A stretch of 43,142 bases of DNA from Escherichia phage vB_EcoP-683R2. Each line of letters opens with the position of its first letter. Positions within the stretch are counted from its first letter, which is position 1. The notes below the pieces were generated by a model that made no database searches, was not told the origin of the DNA, and saw only the letters and a list, made by a program, of their open reading frames with translations. The stretch lies in the sequence record ON470594.1; one strand, 5' to 3'. The position numbers and the translations under genes were made by a program. Positions 25,634 to 35,799 of this stretch are shown piece by piece.

Positions 25634-27760
25634 ATGGCAGAGACATTAGAGAAAAAACATGAGCGGATCATGCTCAGGTTTGACCGCGCCTATTCTCCAC
25701 AGCAGGAAGTGCGCGAAAAGTGCATTGAAGCTACGAGGTTTGCTCGTGTCCCCGGAGGTCAATGGGAAGGAGCAACGGCGGCTGGGACTAAGCTTGATGA
25801 GCAGTTCGAGAAGTATCCTAAGTTTGAAATCAATAAGGTAGCAACTGAACTTAACCGCATCATTGCAGAATACCGCAATAACAGAATCACCGTTAAGTTT
25901 CGTCCTGGTGACAGAGAGGCAAGCGAAGAGTTAGCCAATAAATTAAATGGTCTGTTCCGTGCTGACTACGAAGAAACTGATGGCGGTGAGGCTTGCGATA
26001 ATGCATTTGACGACGCTGCTACTGGTGGTTTCGGTTGCTTCCGTTTGACGTCGATGCTGGTCAATGAATACGACCCCATGGACGATCGTCAGCGCATTGC
26101 TATTGAACCAATATACGACCCGTCGCGCTCTGTGTGGTTTGACCCTGACGCTAAGAAGTACGACAAATCTGACGCGTTGTGGGCGTTCTGCATGTATTCG
26201 TTGTCACCTGAAAAATATGAGGCTGAATACGGAAAGAAACCTCCTGCTTCTCTGGATGTAACGTCTATGACCAGTTGGGAATATGACTGGTTTGATGCAG
26301 ATGTTATTTACATAGCGAAATATTACGAAGTTCGTAAAGAGTCTGTTGACGTCATCAGTTATCGACATCCAATCACTGGAGAGATTGCAACATACGACAG
26401 TGATCAGGTTGAAGATATTGAAGATGAACTGGCAATAGCTGGATTTCATGAAGTGGCAAGGCGCTCAGTGAAGCGCCGTCGTGTGTATGTATCCGTAGTG
26501 GATGGTGATGGTTTCCTTGAGAAACCTCGACGTATTCCTGGTGAGCATATCCCCCTCATCCCGGTTTATGGAAAACGCTGGTTCATTGATGACATTGAGC
26601 GTGTCGAAGGACATATTGCAAAAGCAATGGATCCACAGCGTTTGTATAACCTTCAGGTATCAATGCTGGCTGATACTGCAGCGCAAGACCCCGGTCAGAT
26701 CCCTATAGTTGGCATGGAGCAAATTCGTGGACTTGAGAAGCACTGGGAGGCTCGTAACAAGAAACGCCCAGCGTTCTTGCCGTTGCGCGAAGTGAGAGAT
26801 AAATCTGGCAACATTATCGCTGGAGCTACCCCGGCAGGATATACACAGCCTGCGGTTATGAATCAGGCATTGGCTGCATTACTACAGCAAACCAGTGCTG
26901 ATATTCAGGAGGTTACAGGCGGCAGTCAGGCCATGCAGCAGATGCCAAGTAATATTGCTCAGGAAACGGTTAACAACTTGATGAACAGAGCAGATATGGC
27001 TTCGTTTATCTATCTGGACAATATGGCGAAAAGTCTTAAACGCGCTGGTGAAGTATGGCTGTCAATGGCGCGTGAAGTGTACGGTTCAGAGCGTGAAGTG
27101 CGCATAGTTAACGAAGATGGAAGTGATGATATCGCTGTCCTGAGCGCACAGGTTGTTGACAGGCAAACAGGGGCTGTTGTTGCGTTAAATGACCTTTCTG
27201 TCGGTCGATACGATGTGACGGTTGATGTTGGACCAAGCTACACAGCACGACGTGATGCAACGGTTTCTGTACTGACAAATGTCCTTAGCTCTATGCTTCC
27301 AACAGACCCAATGCGCCCGGCAATTCAGGGTATTATTCTGGACAATATCGATGGCGAAGGCCTTGATGACTTCAAAGAGTACAACCGAAACCAACTGCTG
27401 ATATCTGGTATTGCAAAACCACGCAATGAGAAAGAGCAGCAGATTGTTCAACAGGCGCAAATGGCAGCACAAAGCCAGCCAAATCCTGAAATGGTTCTCG
27501 CTCAGGCGCAAATGGTAGCAGCGCAGGCAGAAGCGCAAAAAGCAACTAACGAAACCGCTCAAACTCAAATCAAAGCATTTACTGCCCAGCAGGATGCGAT
27601 GGAGAGTCAGGCAAACACTGTCTATAAACTGGCTCAAGCCAGAAACATCGATGACAAAGCAGTGATGGAGGCAATACGCCTTCTGAAAGATGTCGCCGAG
27701 TCACAACAACAGCAATTCCAGTCACCACCACAGTCACCGGCAGACTTAATGCCGAGTTAA
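25634..27760 (+). CDS. Portal protein (P22 gp1 / Sf6 gp3-like)
   Basis: Start placed at the ATG 3 nt after the terL stop (708 aa) instead of the listed GTG at 25562; …IAKYYEVRKESVDVISYRHPITGE… and …VKRRRVYVSVVDGDG…GEHIPLIPVYG… parallel the P22 portal. Confidence 0.9.
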   Translation: MAETLEKKHERIMLRFDRAYSPQQEVREKCIEATRFARVPGGQWEGATAAGTKLDEQFEKYPKFEINKVATELNRIIAEYRNNRITVKFRPGDREASEELANKLNGLFRADYEETDGGEACDNAFDDAATGGFGCFRLTSMLVNEYDPMDDRQRIAIEPIYDPSRSVWFDPDAKKYDKSDALWAFCMYSLSPEKYEAEYGKKPPASLDVTSMTSWEYDWFDADVIYIAKYYEVRKESVDVISYRHPITGEIATYDSDQVEDIEDELAIAGFHEVARRSVKRRRVYVSVVDGDGFLEKPRRIPGEHIPLIPVYGKRWFIDDIERVEGHIAKAMDPQRLYNLQVSMLADTAAQDPGQIPIVGMEQIRGLEKHWEARNKKRPAFLPLREVRDKSGNIIAGATPAGYTQPAVMNQALAALLQQTSADIQEVTGGSQAMQQMPSNIAQETVNNLMNRADMASFIYLDNMAKSLKRAGEVWLSMAREVYGSEREVRIVNEDGSDDIAVLSAQVVDRQTGAVVALNDLSVGRYDVTVDVGPSYTARRDATVSVLTNVLSSMLPTDPMRPAIQGIILDNIDGEGLDDFKEYNRNQLLISGIAKPRNEKEQQIVQQAQMAAQSQPNPEMVLAQAQMVAAQAEAQKATNETAQTQIKAFTAQQDAMESQANTVYKLAQARNIDDKAVMEAIRLLKDVAESQQQQFQSPPQSPADLMPS

Positions 27761-27773
27761 CCAGGAGTAATCA

Positions 27774-28658
27774 ATGGAAAACGAACTGATCATCGACGGT
27801 CAGGTTATTGACCTGTCTGAAACACAGGAAAATGCAGAAGAAACCATCATCCAAACAGAGTCACAGCCTGAGAATGAAAGCCAGGATGACAACGGTAAAG
27901 AGGTGGCAACTGATCCTGAAAAAACCGAAGAGACACCAGAAGATTACGCCTTGCGTATTGGTGATGAAGAAATTCAGCTTAACGCTGACGATGATGATCA
28001 CATTGACGGGCAACCTGCACCGCAATGGGTGAAAGATCTTCGCAAAGGCTTCAAAGAAACACAGAAAGAAAATCGTGAGTTGCGCCGCCAGCTTGAGGAA
28101 GCATTAGCCAAGCCTGCGGAACATCAGCAACCACAACCAGACGCTATTCCACCAAAACCGACTCTTGAGTCGTGTGATTATGACGAACAGGCGTTTGAAC
28201 AGGCATTGACTGATTGGCATGAGAAAAAAGGCCGTGTCGAACAGCAGCAGCAACAAAAACTACGTCAGCAACAGGAATACCAACAGCGTTTCCAGCAAAG
28301 GGTAGAAGCGCATAAACAACGGGCAGCCAAACTTCCTGTGAAAGATTATCAGGAAATGGAGGCCATTGTTCTTAGTGAGCTACCACCAATTCAGCAGGAA
28401 ATCATCATTCACTGTGCAGACGAAGGCTCTGAACTACTCGCCTATGGCTTAGGTAAGAGCCAGCAATTACGCCAGCGTGTAGCCGCTGAGACAGATCCAA
28501 TTCGCGCAGCATTCCTCTTGGGGCAGATTAGCAAACAGGTAAGCCTTGCTCCAAAACCAAAGAAAGCCATCAAGCCAGAGCCGGAAGTACGTGGTGGCGG
28601 TGCTGATGCGAAACAAGACGAATTCAACAAATTATGCCCCGGCGCAAAAATCGAATAA
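27774..28658 (+). CDS. Scaffolding protein
   Basis: 294 aa, acidic N-terminus, Q-rich helical middle, basic C-terminus; between portal and coat as in P22/Sf6. Confidence 0.8.
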   Translation: MENELIIDGQVIDLSETQENAEETIIQTESQPENESQDDNGKEVATDPEKTEETPEDYALRIGDEEIQLNADDDDHIDGQPAPQWVKDLRKGFKETQKENRELRRQLEEALAKPAEHQQPQPDAIPPKPTLESCDYDEQAFEQALTDWHEKKGRVEQQQQQKLRQQQEYQQRFQQRVEAHKQRAAKLPVKDYQEMEAIVLSELPPIQQEIIIHCADEGSELLAYGLGKSQQLRQRVAAETDPIRAAFLLGQISKQVSLAPKPKKAIKPEPEVRGGGADAKQDEFNKLCPGAKIE

Positions 28659-28669
28659 GGAAAAGATAA

Positions 28670-29941
28670 ATGCCTAACAATCTCGACAGTAACGTCAGTC
28701 AAATCGTTCTGAAAAAATTCCTTCCTGGTTTTATGTCAGATTTAGTTCTGGCGAAAACCGTAGACCGTCAGTTGCTGGCAGGTGAAATCAACTCCAGCAC
28801 TGGCGATAGCGTTAGCTTTAAACGTCCGCATCAATTCTCATCCCTCCGTACTCCCACTGGTGATATTTCAGGGCAAAATAAAAACAACCTGATCTCAGGT
28901 AAAGCTACGGGGCGTGTAGGTAACTACATCACTGTTGCTGTTGAATATCAGCAACTGGAGGAAGCGATCAAGCTTAACCAACTGGAAGAAATTCTCGCGC
29001 CGGTTCGCCAGCGAATCGTTACCGACCTTGAAACAGAGCTTGCTCACTTCATGATGAATAACGGTGCGTTGTCACTTGGTAGCCCCAATACTCCAATCAC
29101 CAAATGGTCTGATGTTGCGCAGACGGCATCTTTCCTGAAAGACCTCGGCGTTAATGTAGGTGAAAACTATGCTGTAATGGATCCATGGTCTGCACAGCGA
29201 CTTGCTGATGCGCAGACTGGTTTGCACGCTTCAGATCAATTGGTTCGTACTGCATGGGAGAATGCGCAGATTCCAACCAATTTTGGCGGCATTCGCGCAC
29301 TGATGTCTAATGGGCTTGCCTCTCGTACGCAGGGGGCATTTGGCGGAACACTGACAGTCAAAACACAGCCAACTGTTACCTATAACGCAGTTAAAGACTC
29401 ATACCAGTTCACTGTAACATTGACCGGAGCGACAGCCAGCGTTACAGGTTTTCTGAAAGCTGGTGATCAGGTTAAATTCACCAATACCTACTGGCTGCAA
29501 CAGCAGACCAAACAGGCGTTGTATAACGGAGCCACACCAATTAGCTTCACTGCAACGGTTACTGCTGATGCTAATTCAGACAGCAGTGGCGATGTGACGG
29601 TTACGCTTTCTGGTGTTCCGATTTATGACACTACAAACCCGCAGTACAACTCTGTAAGTCGTCAGGTAGCGGCAGGTGATGCCGTATCTGTAGTAGGCAC
29701 TGCTAGCCAGACAATGAAGCCAAACCTGTTCTATAACAAGTTCTTCTGTGGACTTGGCTCTATCCCACTGCCGAAACTGCACAGTATTGATTCTGCTGTT
29801 GCAACATATGAAGGTTTCTCCATCCGCGTACATAAATACGCAGATGGCGATGCCAACGTGCAAAAAATGCGCTTTGACTTACTGCCTGCATATGTGTGCT
29901 TTAACCCTCACATGGGCGGTCAGTTCTTCGGTAATCCGTAA
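28670..29941 (+). CDS. Major capsid (coat) protein
   Basis: 423 aa (same length as Sf6 gp5), AAGGA RBS, followed by a strong intrinsic terminator. Confidence 0.85.
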   Translation: MPNNLDSNVSQIVLKKFLPGFMSDLVLAKTVDRQLLAGEINSSTGDSVSFKRPHQFSSLRTPTGDISGQNKNNLISGKATGRVGNYITVAVEYQQLEEAIKLNQLEEILAPVRQRIVTDLETELAHFMMNNGALSLGSPNTPITKWSDVAQTASFLKDLGVNVGENYAVMDPWSAQRLADAQTGLHASDQLVRTAWENAQIPTNFGGIRALMSNGLASRTQGAFGGTLTVKTQPTVTYNAVKDSYQFTVTLTGATASVTGFLKAGDQVKFTNTYWLQQQTKQALYNGATPISFTATVTADANSDSSGDVTVTLSGVPIYDTTNPQYNSVSRQVAAGDAVSVVGTASQTMKPNLFYNKFFCGLGSIPLPKLHSIDSAVATYEGFSIRVHKYADGDANVQKMRFDLLPAYVCFNPHMGGQFFGNP

Positions 29942-29947
29942 TAACAA

Positions 29948-29970
29948 GGGGCTTCCGCCCCTTTTATGTT
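29948..29970 (+). terminator. Intrinsic terminator after the coat gene
   Basis: GGGGC-ttcc-GCCCC hairpin followed by TTTTATGTTTT. Confidence 0.6.
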
Positions 29971-29983
29971 TTAAGGAAACAAT

Positions 29984-30169
29984 ATGGATCGCATGAGTGT
30001 ATTCCTTGCCGCAGATAACGAATCCGGACATGTACAGGCCGTTATCGCAGAAAAAGACTTCCAGTTTTTCGAAAAGTTGGGCTTTGTTGCCTCAGTTGAT
30101 GAATTGAAACCGACCCGTAAGCGAGGTCGTAAGGCGGCAGACAATGGCAACAGTACTGACAAAGGGTGA
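29984..30169 (+). CDS. Hypothetical small protein (61 aa) between coat and gp4
   Basis: ATG 6 nt after AAGGA; overlaps the gp4 start by 26 nt. Confidence 0.4.
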   Translation: MDRMSVFLAADNESGHVQAVIAEKDFQFFEKLGFVASVDELKPTRKRGRKAADNGNSTDKG

Positions 30170-30626
30170 GATCGTCCTTTTTGCGCTTCGTAAGTTTGCT
30201 ATTGCTTCTAATGCATCGCTGACTGATGTTGAGCCGCAATCAATTGAAGATGGTGTAAATGATCTGGAAGATATGATGTCCGAGTGGATGATTAACCCCG
30301 GCGACATTGGTTACGCTTTCGCAACTGGAGATGAGCAGCCATTACCAGATGATGAGTCAGGTCTTCCAAGAAAATACAAACACGCAGTAGGCTATCAGTT
30401 ATTGCTGAGAATGCTATCTGATTACAGCCTTGAACCAACTCCGCAAGTTCTCAGTAACGCCCAACGCTCATATGATGCCTTGATGACCGACACTCTGGTT
30501 GTTCCTTCAATGCGACGACGTGGAGATTTTCCTGTAGGACAGGGTAATAAATATGACGTGTTTACATCTGACCGATATTATCCAGGCGATCTCCCTCTGA
30601 TTGATGGCGATATCCCAAACGCATAG
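30144..30626 (+). CDS. Head-to-tail adaptor / tail accessory factor (P22 gp4-like)
   Basis: 160 aa; …[28 protein letters not shown]… parallels P22 gp4 (…[28 protein letters not shown]…). Confidence 0.8.
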   Translation: [160 protein letters not shown]

Positions 30627-30634
30627 GTGAATAA

Positions 30635-32053
30635 ATGACGATTCAGCAACTTCCGCTTATGAAAGGTGTCGGCAAAGACTTCCGAAACGCCGACTATATC
30701 GACTATCTGCCAGTGAATATGTTGGCTACACCAAAAGAAATCCTTAACAGCAGCGGATATCTTCGCTCATTCCCGGGCATTGCCAAACGTTCTGATGTGA
30801 ACGGCGTATCGCGTGGCGTCGAGTACAACATGGCGCAGAATGCTGTTTATCGCGTGTGTGGTGGCAAGCTGTACAAAGGCGAAAGCGAGGTCGGTGATGT
30901 TGCCGGAAGTGGTCGCGTATCAATGGCGCATGGTAGGACATCACAGGCAGTAGGCGTTAATGGTCAACTGGTCGAGTATCGCTATGATGGCACGGTTAAA
31001 ACCGTCTCAAACTGGCCTACAGACAGCGGATTCACGCAGTATGAGTTAGGCTCAGTCCGCGACATTACTCGCTTACGTGGGCGTTATGCGTGGTCAAAAG
31101 ATGGTACTGATTCATGGTTCATCACTGACCTTGAAGACGAATCGCATCCTGACCGTTACAGCGCACAATATCGTGCCGAGTCTCAGCCGGACGGCATCAT
31201 CGGTATCGGGACATGGCGAGACTTCATCGTCTGCTTTGGTTCATCGACTATTGAATATTTCTCCCTGACTGGCGCAACCACCGTTGGTGCTGCTTTGTAT
31301 GTCGCACAGCCATCACTGATGGTGCAAAAAGGCATCGCCGGGACTTACTGCAAAACGCCGTTTGCTGATTCGTATGCGTTCATCAGCAATCCGGCAACGG
31401 GTGCGCCGTCTGTGTATATCATCGGCTCCGGTCAGGTGTCACCAATTGCCAGCGCGAGCATTGAGAAAATCCTCCGCTCCTACACTGCTGATGAACTGGC
31501 TGATGGTGTGATGGAATCTCTGCGGTTTGATGCTCATGAGTTGCTGATTATCCACCTTCCTCGCCATGTTCTCGTGTACGACGCATCTTCAAGCGCCAAT
31601 GGTCCGCAATGGTGTGTACTGAAAACAGGCTTGTATGACGATGTGTACCGCGCTATCGACTTCATTTACGAAGGAAATCAGATAACGTGCGGCGATAAGC
31701 TGGAATCGGTGACCGGGAAATTGCAGTTCGATATCAGCAGTCAGTATGGGCTTCAACAGGAACACCTGCTGTTTACTCCACTGTTCAAAGCGGATAACGC
31801 CAGATGCTTCGATCTGGAGGTGGAATCATCCACTGGCGTAGCTCAGTACGCCGACCGCCTGTTCCTCTCTGCAACCACTGACGGCATCAATTACGGGCGT
31901 GAGCAGATGATTGAGCAGAATGAACCGTTCGTTTATGACAAACGTGTTTTGTGGAAGCGAGTCGGGCACATCAGGAAAAATGTCGGCTTCAAATTGCGCG
32001 TTATCACTAAATCACCTGTCACTCTCTCAGGCTGCTCTATTAGGCTGGAGTAA
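30635..32053 (+). CDS. Tail accessory factor / packaged-DNA stabilisation protein (P22 gp10-like)
   Basis: 472 aa, same length and position as P22 gp10. Confidence 0.8.
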   Translation: MTIQQLPLMKGVGKDFRNADYIDYLPVNMLATPKEILNSSGYLRSFPGIAKRSDVNGVSRGVEYNMAQNAVYRVCGGKLYKGESEVGDVAGSGRVSMAHGRTSQAVGVNGQLVEYRYDGTVKTVSNWPTDSGFTQYELGSVRDITRLRGRYAWSKDGTDSWFITDLEDESHPDRYSAQYRAESQPDGIIGIGTWRDFIVCFGSSTIEYFSLTGATTVGAALYVAQPSLMVQKGIAGTYCKTPFADSYAFISNPATGAPSVYIIGSGQVSPIASASIEKILRSYTADELADGVMESLRFDAHELLIIHLPRHVLVYDASSSANGPQWCVLKTGLYDDVYRAIDFIYEGNQITCGDKLESVTGKLQFDISSQYGLQQEHLLFTPLFKADNARCFDLEVESSTGVAQYADRLFLSATTDGINYGREQMIEQNEPFVYDKRVLWKRVGHIRKNVGFKLRVITKSPVTLSGCSIRLE

Positions 32054-32055
32054 TA

Positions 32056-32550
32056 ATGATTTCACATGAAGAGTTGAAGCGTCATTTATCATATGACCCA
32101 GAAACCGGGGTTTTTACCCGAAAAATATCAAATACAGCGAGCGTCACCGTTGGTGATGAAGCGGGAACCATGTGCACTGGTTATTTAAGGATAATGGTCT
32201 GTGGTAAGAGATACTTAGCGCATAGGCTTGCTTGGTTTTATATGACAGGAAAACCTGCAAATTGCTTAATAGATCATATTAACGGAGACAGAACGGATAA
32301 CAGATTTTCAAATTTAAGATTGGCAAATAGATCCCAGAATGGGATGAACAGGAATATTCAAAGAAATAATAAGTCAGGATATCCTGGTGTCTGTTGGCAC
32401 AAAAATCTCTGCAAGTGGACTGTTTCTTTCAAGAAAAATAAAAAACAGGTTCACGTTGGATGCTTCGATGACCTGGACGAAGCTATCTCAGCATCAATGA
32501 TGGCAAGAGCAGAAAATTTTGGAGAGTTTGCAAGGCAGAGGATTGAGTAA
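32056..32550 (+). CDS. Freestanding HNH homing endonuclease with AP2-type DNA-binding domain
   Basis: 164 aa; HNH motif …[28 protein letters not shown]… and AP2-like segment [18 protein letters not shown]…[12 protein letters not shown]; inserted between the gp10 and needle genes. Confidence 0.8.
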   Translation: MISHEELKRHLSYDPETGVFTRKISNTASVTVGDEAGTMCTGYLRIMVCGKRYLAHRLAWFYMTGKPANCLIDHINGDRTDNRFSNLRLANRSQNGMNRNIQRNNKSGYPGVCWHKNLCKWTVSFKKNKKQVHVGCFDDLDEAISASMMARAENFGEFARQRIE

Positions 32551-33251
32551 TGGCTGATTCGAATCTCAACACCCCTGTTATTGTGCAGGCGACGCGGCTC
32601 GATACATCAATCCTTCCACGCAATATATTCAGCCAGTCTTACCTGCTGTATGTCATAAATCAGGGTGCTGATGTTGGCGCAATTGCCGGGAAGGCAAATC
32701 AGGCTGGTCAGGGCGCTTACGATGCTCAGGTAAAAAACGATGAACAGGACGTCGAACTGGCTGATCACGACGCAAGAATCACCGCAAACACAAAAGCGAT
32801 AAATCTACTTGAGGTCAGGTTAACAACTGCCGAAGGGAAGATAGTCGTACTGCGTAGCGATGTTGATTACTTGCTGGATGAGGTTATCGATATTCAGGCG
32901 CATCTGGTCACTGTTGACCAAAGACTGGATGACGTAGAAAACGATGTCTCTGGCATTAAGAGTGATTACGTATCGAAAACCGTAACAGAATCGCAGTCTC
33001 TTGCGTCACCGCTGGATGTAAAAACATCATATTCAGTTGATGGAATTCAGGTCGTTGGAGCAAGGCAGACCGGATGGACGGCGGCCACAGGCACACCACT
33101 TCTTGGCTCATTCAACGCTAACCAGTCATACACGGTCGGCACTACGTACACACAATCCGAAGTCGCAGCTATCGCTACAGGTTTGGAGCAGGCGCGGCAG
33201 CGTATTCTGGCGCTTGAAACAGCACTTAGATTACATGGGCTGATTGACTGA
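32550..33251 (+). CDS. Tail needle (P22 gp26-like)
   Basis: 233 aa; N-terminus [73 protein letters not shown] and C-terminus …[13 protein letters not shown] match P22 gp26 as recalled. Confidence 0.9.
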   Translation: MADSNLNTPVIVQATRLDTSILPRNIFSQSYLLYVINQGADVGAIAGKANQAGQGAYDAQVKNDEQDVELADHDARITANTKAINLLEVRLTTAEGKIVVLRSDVDYLLDEVIDIQAHLVTVDQRLDDVENDVSGIKSDYVSKTVTESQSLASPLDVKTSYSVDGIQVVGARQTGWTAATGTPLLGSFNANQSYTVGTTYTQSEVAAIATGLEQARQRILALETALRLHGLID

Positions 33252-33706
33252 TGATTACATTCAAACCAACGCGAAACATCGACCTGATAGAAGCAGTAGG
33301 AAATCACCCTGACATTATCGCCGGGAGCAACAACGGTGATGGATACGACTACAAACCTGATTGCCGTTACTTTGAGGTGAACGTGCACGGGCAGTTCGGC
33401 GGCATTGTTTACTATCAGGAGATTCAGCCGCTTACATTCGATTGCCACGCCATGTACCTGCCAGAGATTCGAGGCTTCAGCAAGGAAATCGGGCTGGCGT
33501 TCTGGCGATACATTCTGACTAACACCACCGTTCAGTGCGTCACATCGTTCGCTGCACGCAAATTCCGCCACGGTCAGATGTACTGCGCAATGATTGGCCT
33601 TAATCGTGTAGGAACCATCAAGAAATACTTCAAAGGCGTGGATGACGTGACGTTTTACAGCGCAACACGCGAAGAACTAATCGACTTCCTGAATCACGGG
33701 AGATAG
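33251..33706 (+). CDS. Ejection / internal virion protein (P22 gp14 position)
   Basis: 151 aa; assigned by synteny (needle, 14, 7, 20, 16 in P22). Confidence 0.55.
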   Translation: MITFKPTRNIDLIEAVGNHPDIIAGSNNGDGYDYKPDCRYFEVNVHGQFGGIVYYQEIQPLTFDCHAMYLPEIRGFSKEIGLAFWRYILTNTTVQCVTSFAARKFRHGQMYCAMIGLNRVGTIKKYFKGVDDVTFYSATREELIDFLNHGR

Positions 33707-33708
33707 CC

Positions 33709-34401
33709 ATGTTATATGCATTTAAGCTGGGCAGAAAACTGCGCGGCGAGGAACCTTGGTGCCCTGAAAAAGGCGGGAAAGGTGGTAGCTCTGATAAAAG
33801 CGCAAAGTATGCAGCAGAAGCTCAGAAGTATGCCGCAGACCTGCAAAATCAACAGTGGCAGACGATCATGAAAAACCTTGCTCCGTTCACTCCGCTTGCG
33901 GAGCAGTATGTTAACCAGCTTCAGAATCTTTCCAGTTTAGAAGGACAGGGGCAGGCACTTAATCAGTATTACAACTCTCAGCAGTATAAAGACCTTGCAG
34001 GTCAGGCGCGTTACCAGAGTCTTGCTGCTGCGGAGGCGACGGGGGGACTTGGCTCGACAGCCACAAGCAATCAACTGGCCACGATTGCCCCGACTCTCGG
34101 TCAGTCGTGGTTGTCGAACCAGATGAGCAACTACAACAATCTGGCAAACATTGGCCTTGGTGCGCTGCAAGGTCAGGCGAACGCCGGGCAGACATACGCC
34201 AACAACATGAGCAGCATTGCACAGCAAAGCGCAGCTCTTGCCGCTGCTAATGCCAACAAACCATCAAGTCTTCAGACAGCAATTAGTGGCGGAACGTCTG
34301 GTGCGATTGCCGGTGCAGGTCTTGCCAGCCTTTTGGGAACATCAACGCCTTGGGGCGCTGGCATTGGTGCTGGTATCGGATTGCTTGGCTCGTTGTTTTA
34401 A
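33709..34401 (+). CDS. Ejection protein (P22 gp7-like)
   Basis: 230 aa; N-terminus MLYAFKLGRKLRGEEP… as in P22 gp7 as recalled; Gly/Ala-rich C-terminus. Confidence 0.65.
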   Translation: MLYAFKLGRKLRGEEPWCPEKGGKGGSSDKSAKYAAEAQKYAADLQNQQWQTIMKNLAPFTPLAEQYVNQLQNLSSLEGQGQALNQYYNSQQYKDLAGQARYQSLAAAEATGGLGSTATSNQLATIAPTLGQSWLSNQMSNYNNLANIGLGALQGQANAGQTYANNMSSIAQQSAALAAANANKPSSLQTAISGGTSGAIAGAGLASLLGTSTPWGAGIGAGIGLLGSLF

Positions 34402-34410
34402 GGGGTAATC

Positions 34411-35799
34411 ATGGCTACTTGGCAAGGAACAAACGGCGGATTGTTGGCTGGTATCGGCGGCGTCAACTCAAACGCTCCGAGCGTAAATGACATCGGCAAT
34501 ACGCTTCAGCTTATCAGGCAGAACAATGATATTGAGCGTTCAGGCGCTAACAATGTTGGGCTGACTGCTTTGCAAGGCCTTTCAGGTATTGCGGGGGTGT
34601 TTCAGCAGGAAAAGCAGGCTCAGCGGCAGAAAGAATTTCAGCAGGCATACGCTAATGCTTATGCGTCTGGTGATCGCGGTGCTTTGCGTCAGTTGGCTAC
34701 TCAATATCCAGACCAGATTGAATCCGTTCGTAAAGGCATGGGATTCATTGATGAAGAGCAGCGTAATTCTATCGGCACCTTAGCGGCTGGCGCACGCCTT
34801 GCGTCATCGTCTCCAGAAGCAATGCAATCATGGCTGCAAAACAACGCCAAGGAACTGACTCGCGTCGGTGTTGACCCTAACAGCGTTGCTCAGATGTATC
34901 AGCAGAATCCTTCAGGATTTGGTGAGTTTGTTGATCACCTTGGGATGGCTGCTCTCGGTCCGATTGACTACTTCAATGTTCAGGACAAGATGGCTGGTCG
35001 TGAAATTGACCGAGGCAGACTGGCAGAGACAATCCGCAGCAATCAGGCTGGAGAGGCGCTAACAGCACGAGGTCAGAACATCACGATGCGCGGTCAGGAC
35101 TTATCTGCTTCTACTGCGCGACGAGGTCAGGATTTGGCAATGCAGCGAGCGTCAACAAGAGGAATCGCTGGGAATGATGAGCGTACAGTTCAGTTATCAG
35201 ATGGCAGAACTGTAACGGTAGGTGGGAAGCTTCACGGCGCTGGGGCTAATGCGTTCTACGAAGGCATCGACAACGAGGGGAATATGGTTCGCGTTCCTGC
35301 CAGTTCAATCGCAGCGCCTGCAACATCGTCTGCATCAGCACAAAACTATGCCATGAAGAAGGATATCGACGCTATCGCAAATGCAGACGCTTCTGCTCTC
35401 GATTTCATGACAGGAATGACCGGCGGCGCAGGTAACCCGGCAATTGGTGCTGATGTTCGCAGCAGATTAACAGGAAAAGAGCAGCGCCAGTTATATAACT
35501 CAGCACAACGTATTCAGGGCAGAATGCAGAATCAGGGTGTGGCGGCAGCAAGGGACATGGGGGCCAGTGGTATTAACACCGTTGCAGAAGCGAAGATGTA
35601 TTTTCAGGGGATGCCGCAGGTTGACTATTCAAGCCCGGAGGCTATGCAGCAGTCGATTCGTGAGATTCAGGAATACACCAACAATTACAACCAACAATAT
35701 AACGTTAATGTTGGTAAATCTCAGCGGCAGCAATCTCAACCTGCACAGGTATCACAGCCAGCAGCCAGCAGTAACTTTTCTTCACTATGGGGTGATTAA
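34411..35799 (+). CDS. Ejection protein (P22 gp20-like)
   Basis: 462 aa; assigned by synteny and size. Confidence 0.6.
   Translation: MATWQGTNGGLLAGIGGVNSNAPSVNDIGNTLQLIRQNNDIERSGANNVGLTALQGLSGIAGVFQQEKQAQRQKEFQQAYANAYASGDRGALRQLATQYPDQIESVRKGMGFIDEEQRNSIGTLAAGARLASSSPEAMQSWLQNNAKELTRVGVDPNSVAQMYQQNPSGFGEFVDHLGMAALGPIDYFNVQDKMAGREIDRGRLAETIRSNQAGEALTARGQNITMRGQDLSASTARRGQDLAMQRASTRGIAGNDERTVQLSDGRTVTVGGKLHGAGANAFYEGIDNEGNMVRVPASSIAAPATSSASAQNYAMKKDIDAIANADASALDFMTGMTGGAGNPAIGADVRSRLTGKEQRQLYNSAQRIQGRMQNQGVAAARDMGASGINTVAEAKMYFQGMPQVDYSSPEAMQQSIREIQEYTNNYNQQYNVNVGKSQRQQSQPAQVSQPAASSNFSSLWGD

Noticed and set aside
33047-33571. 174-aa minus-strand ORF
   Set aside because: Entirely antisense to the needle and gp14-like genes, which have strong independent support; typical shadow ORF.
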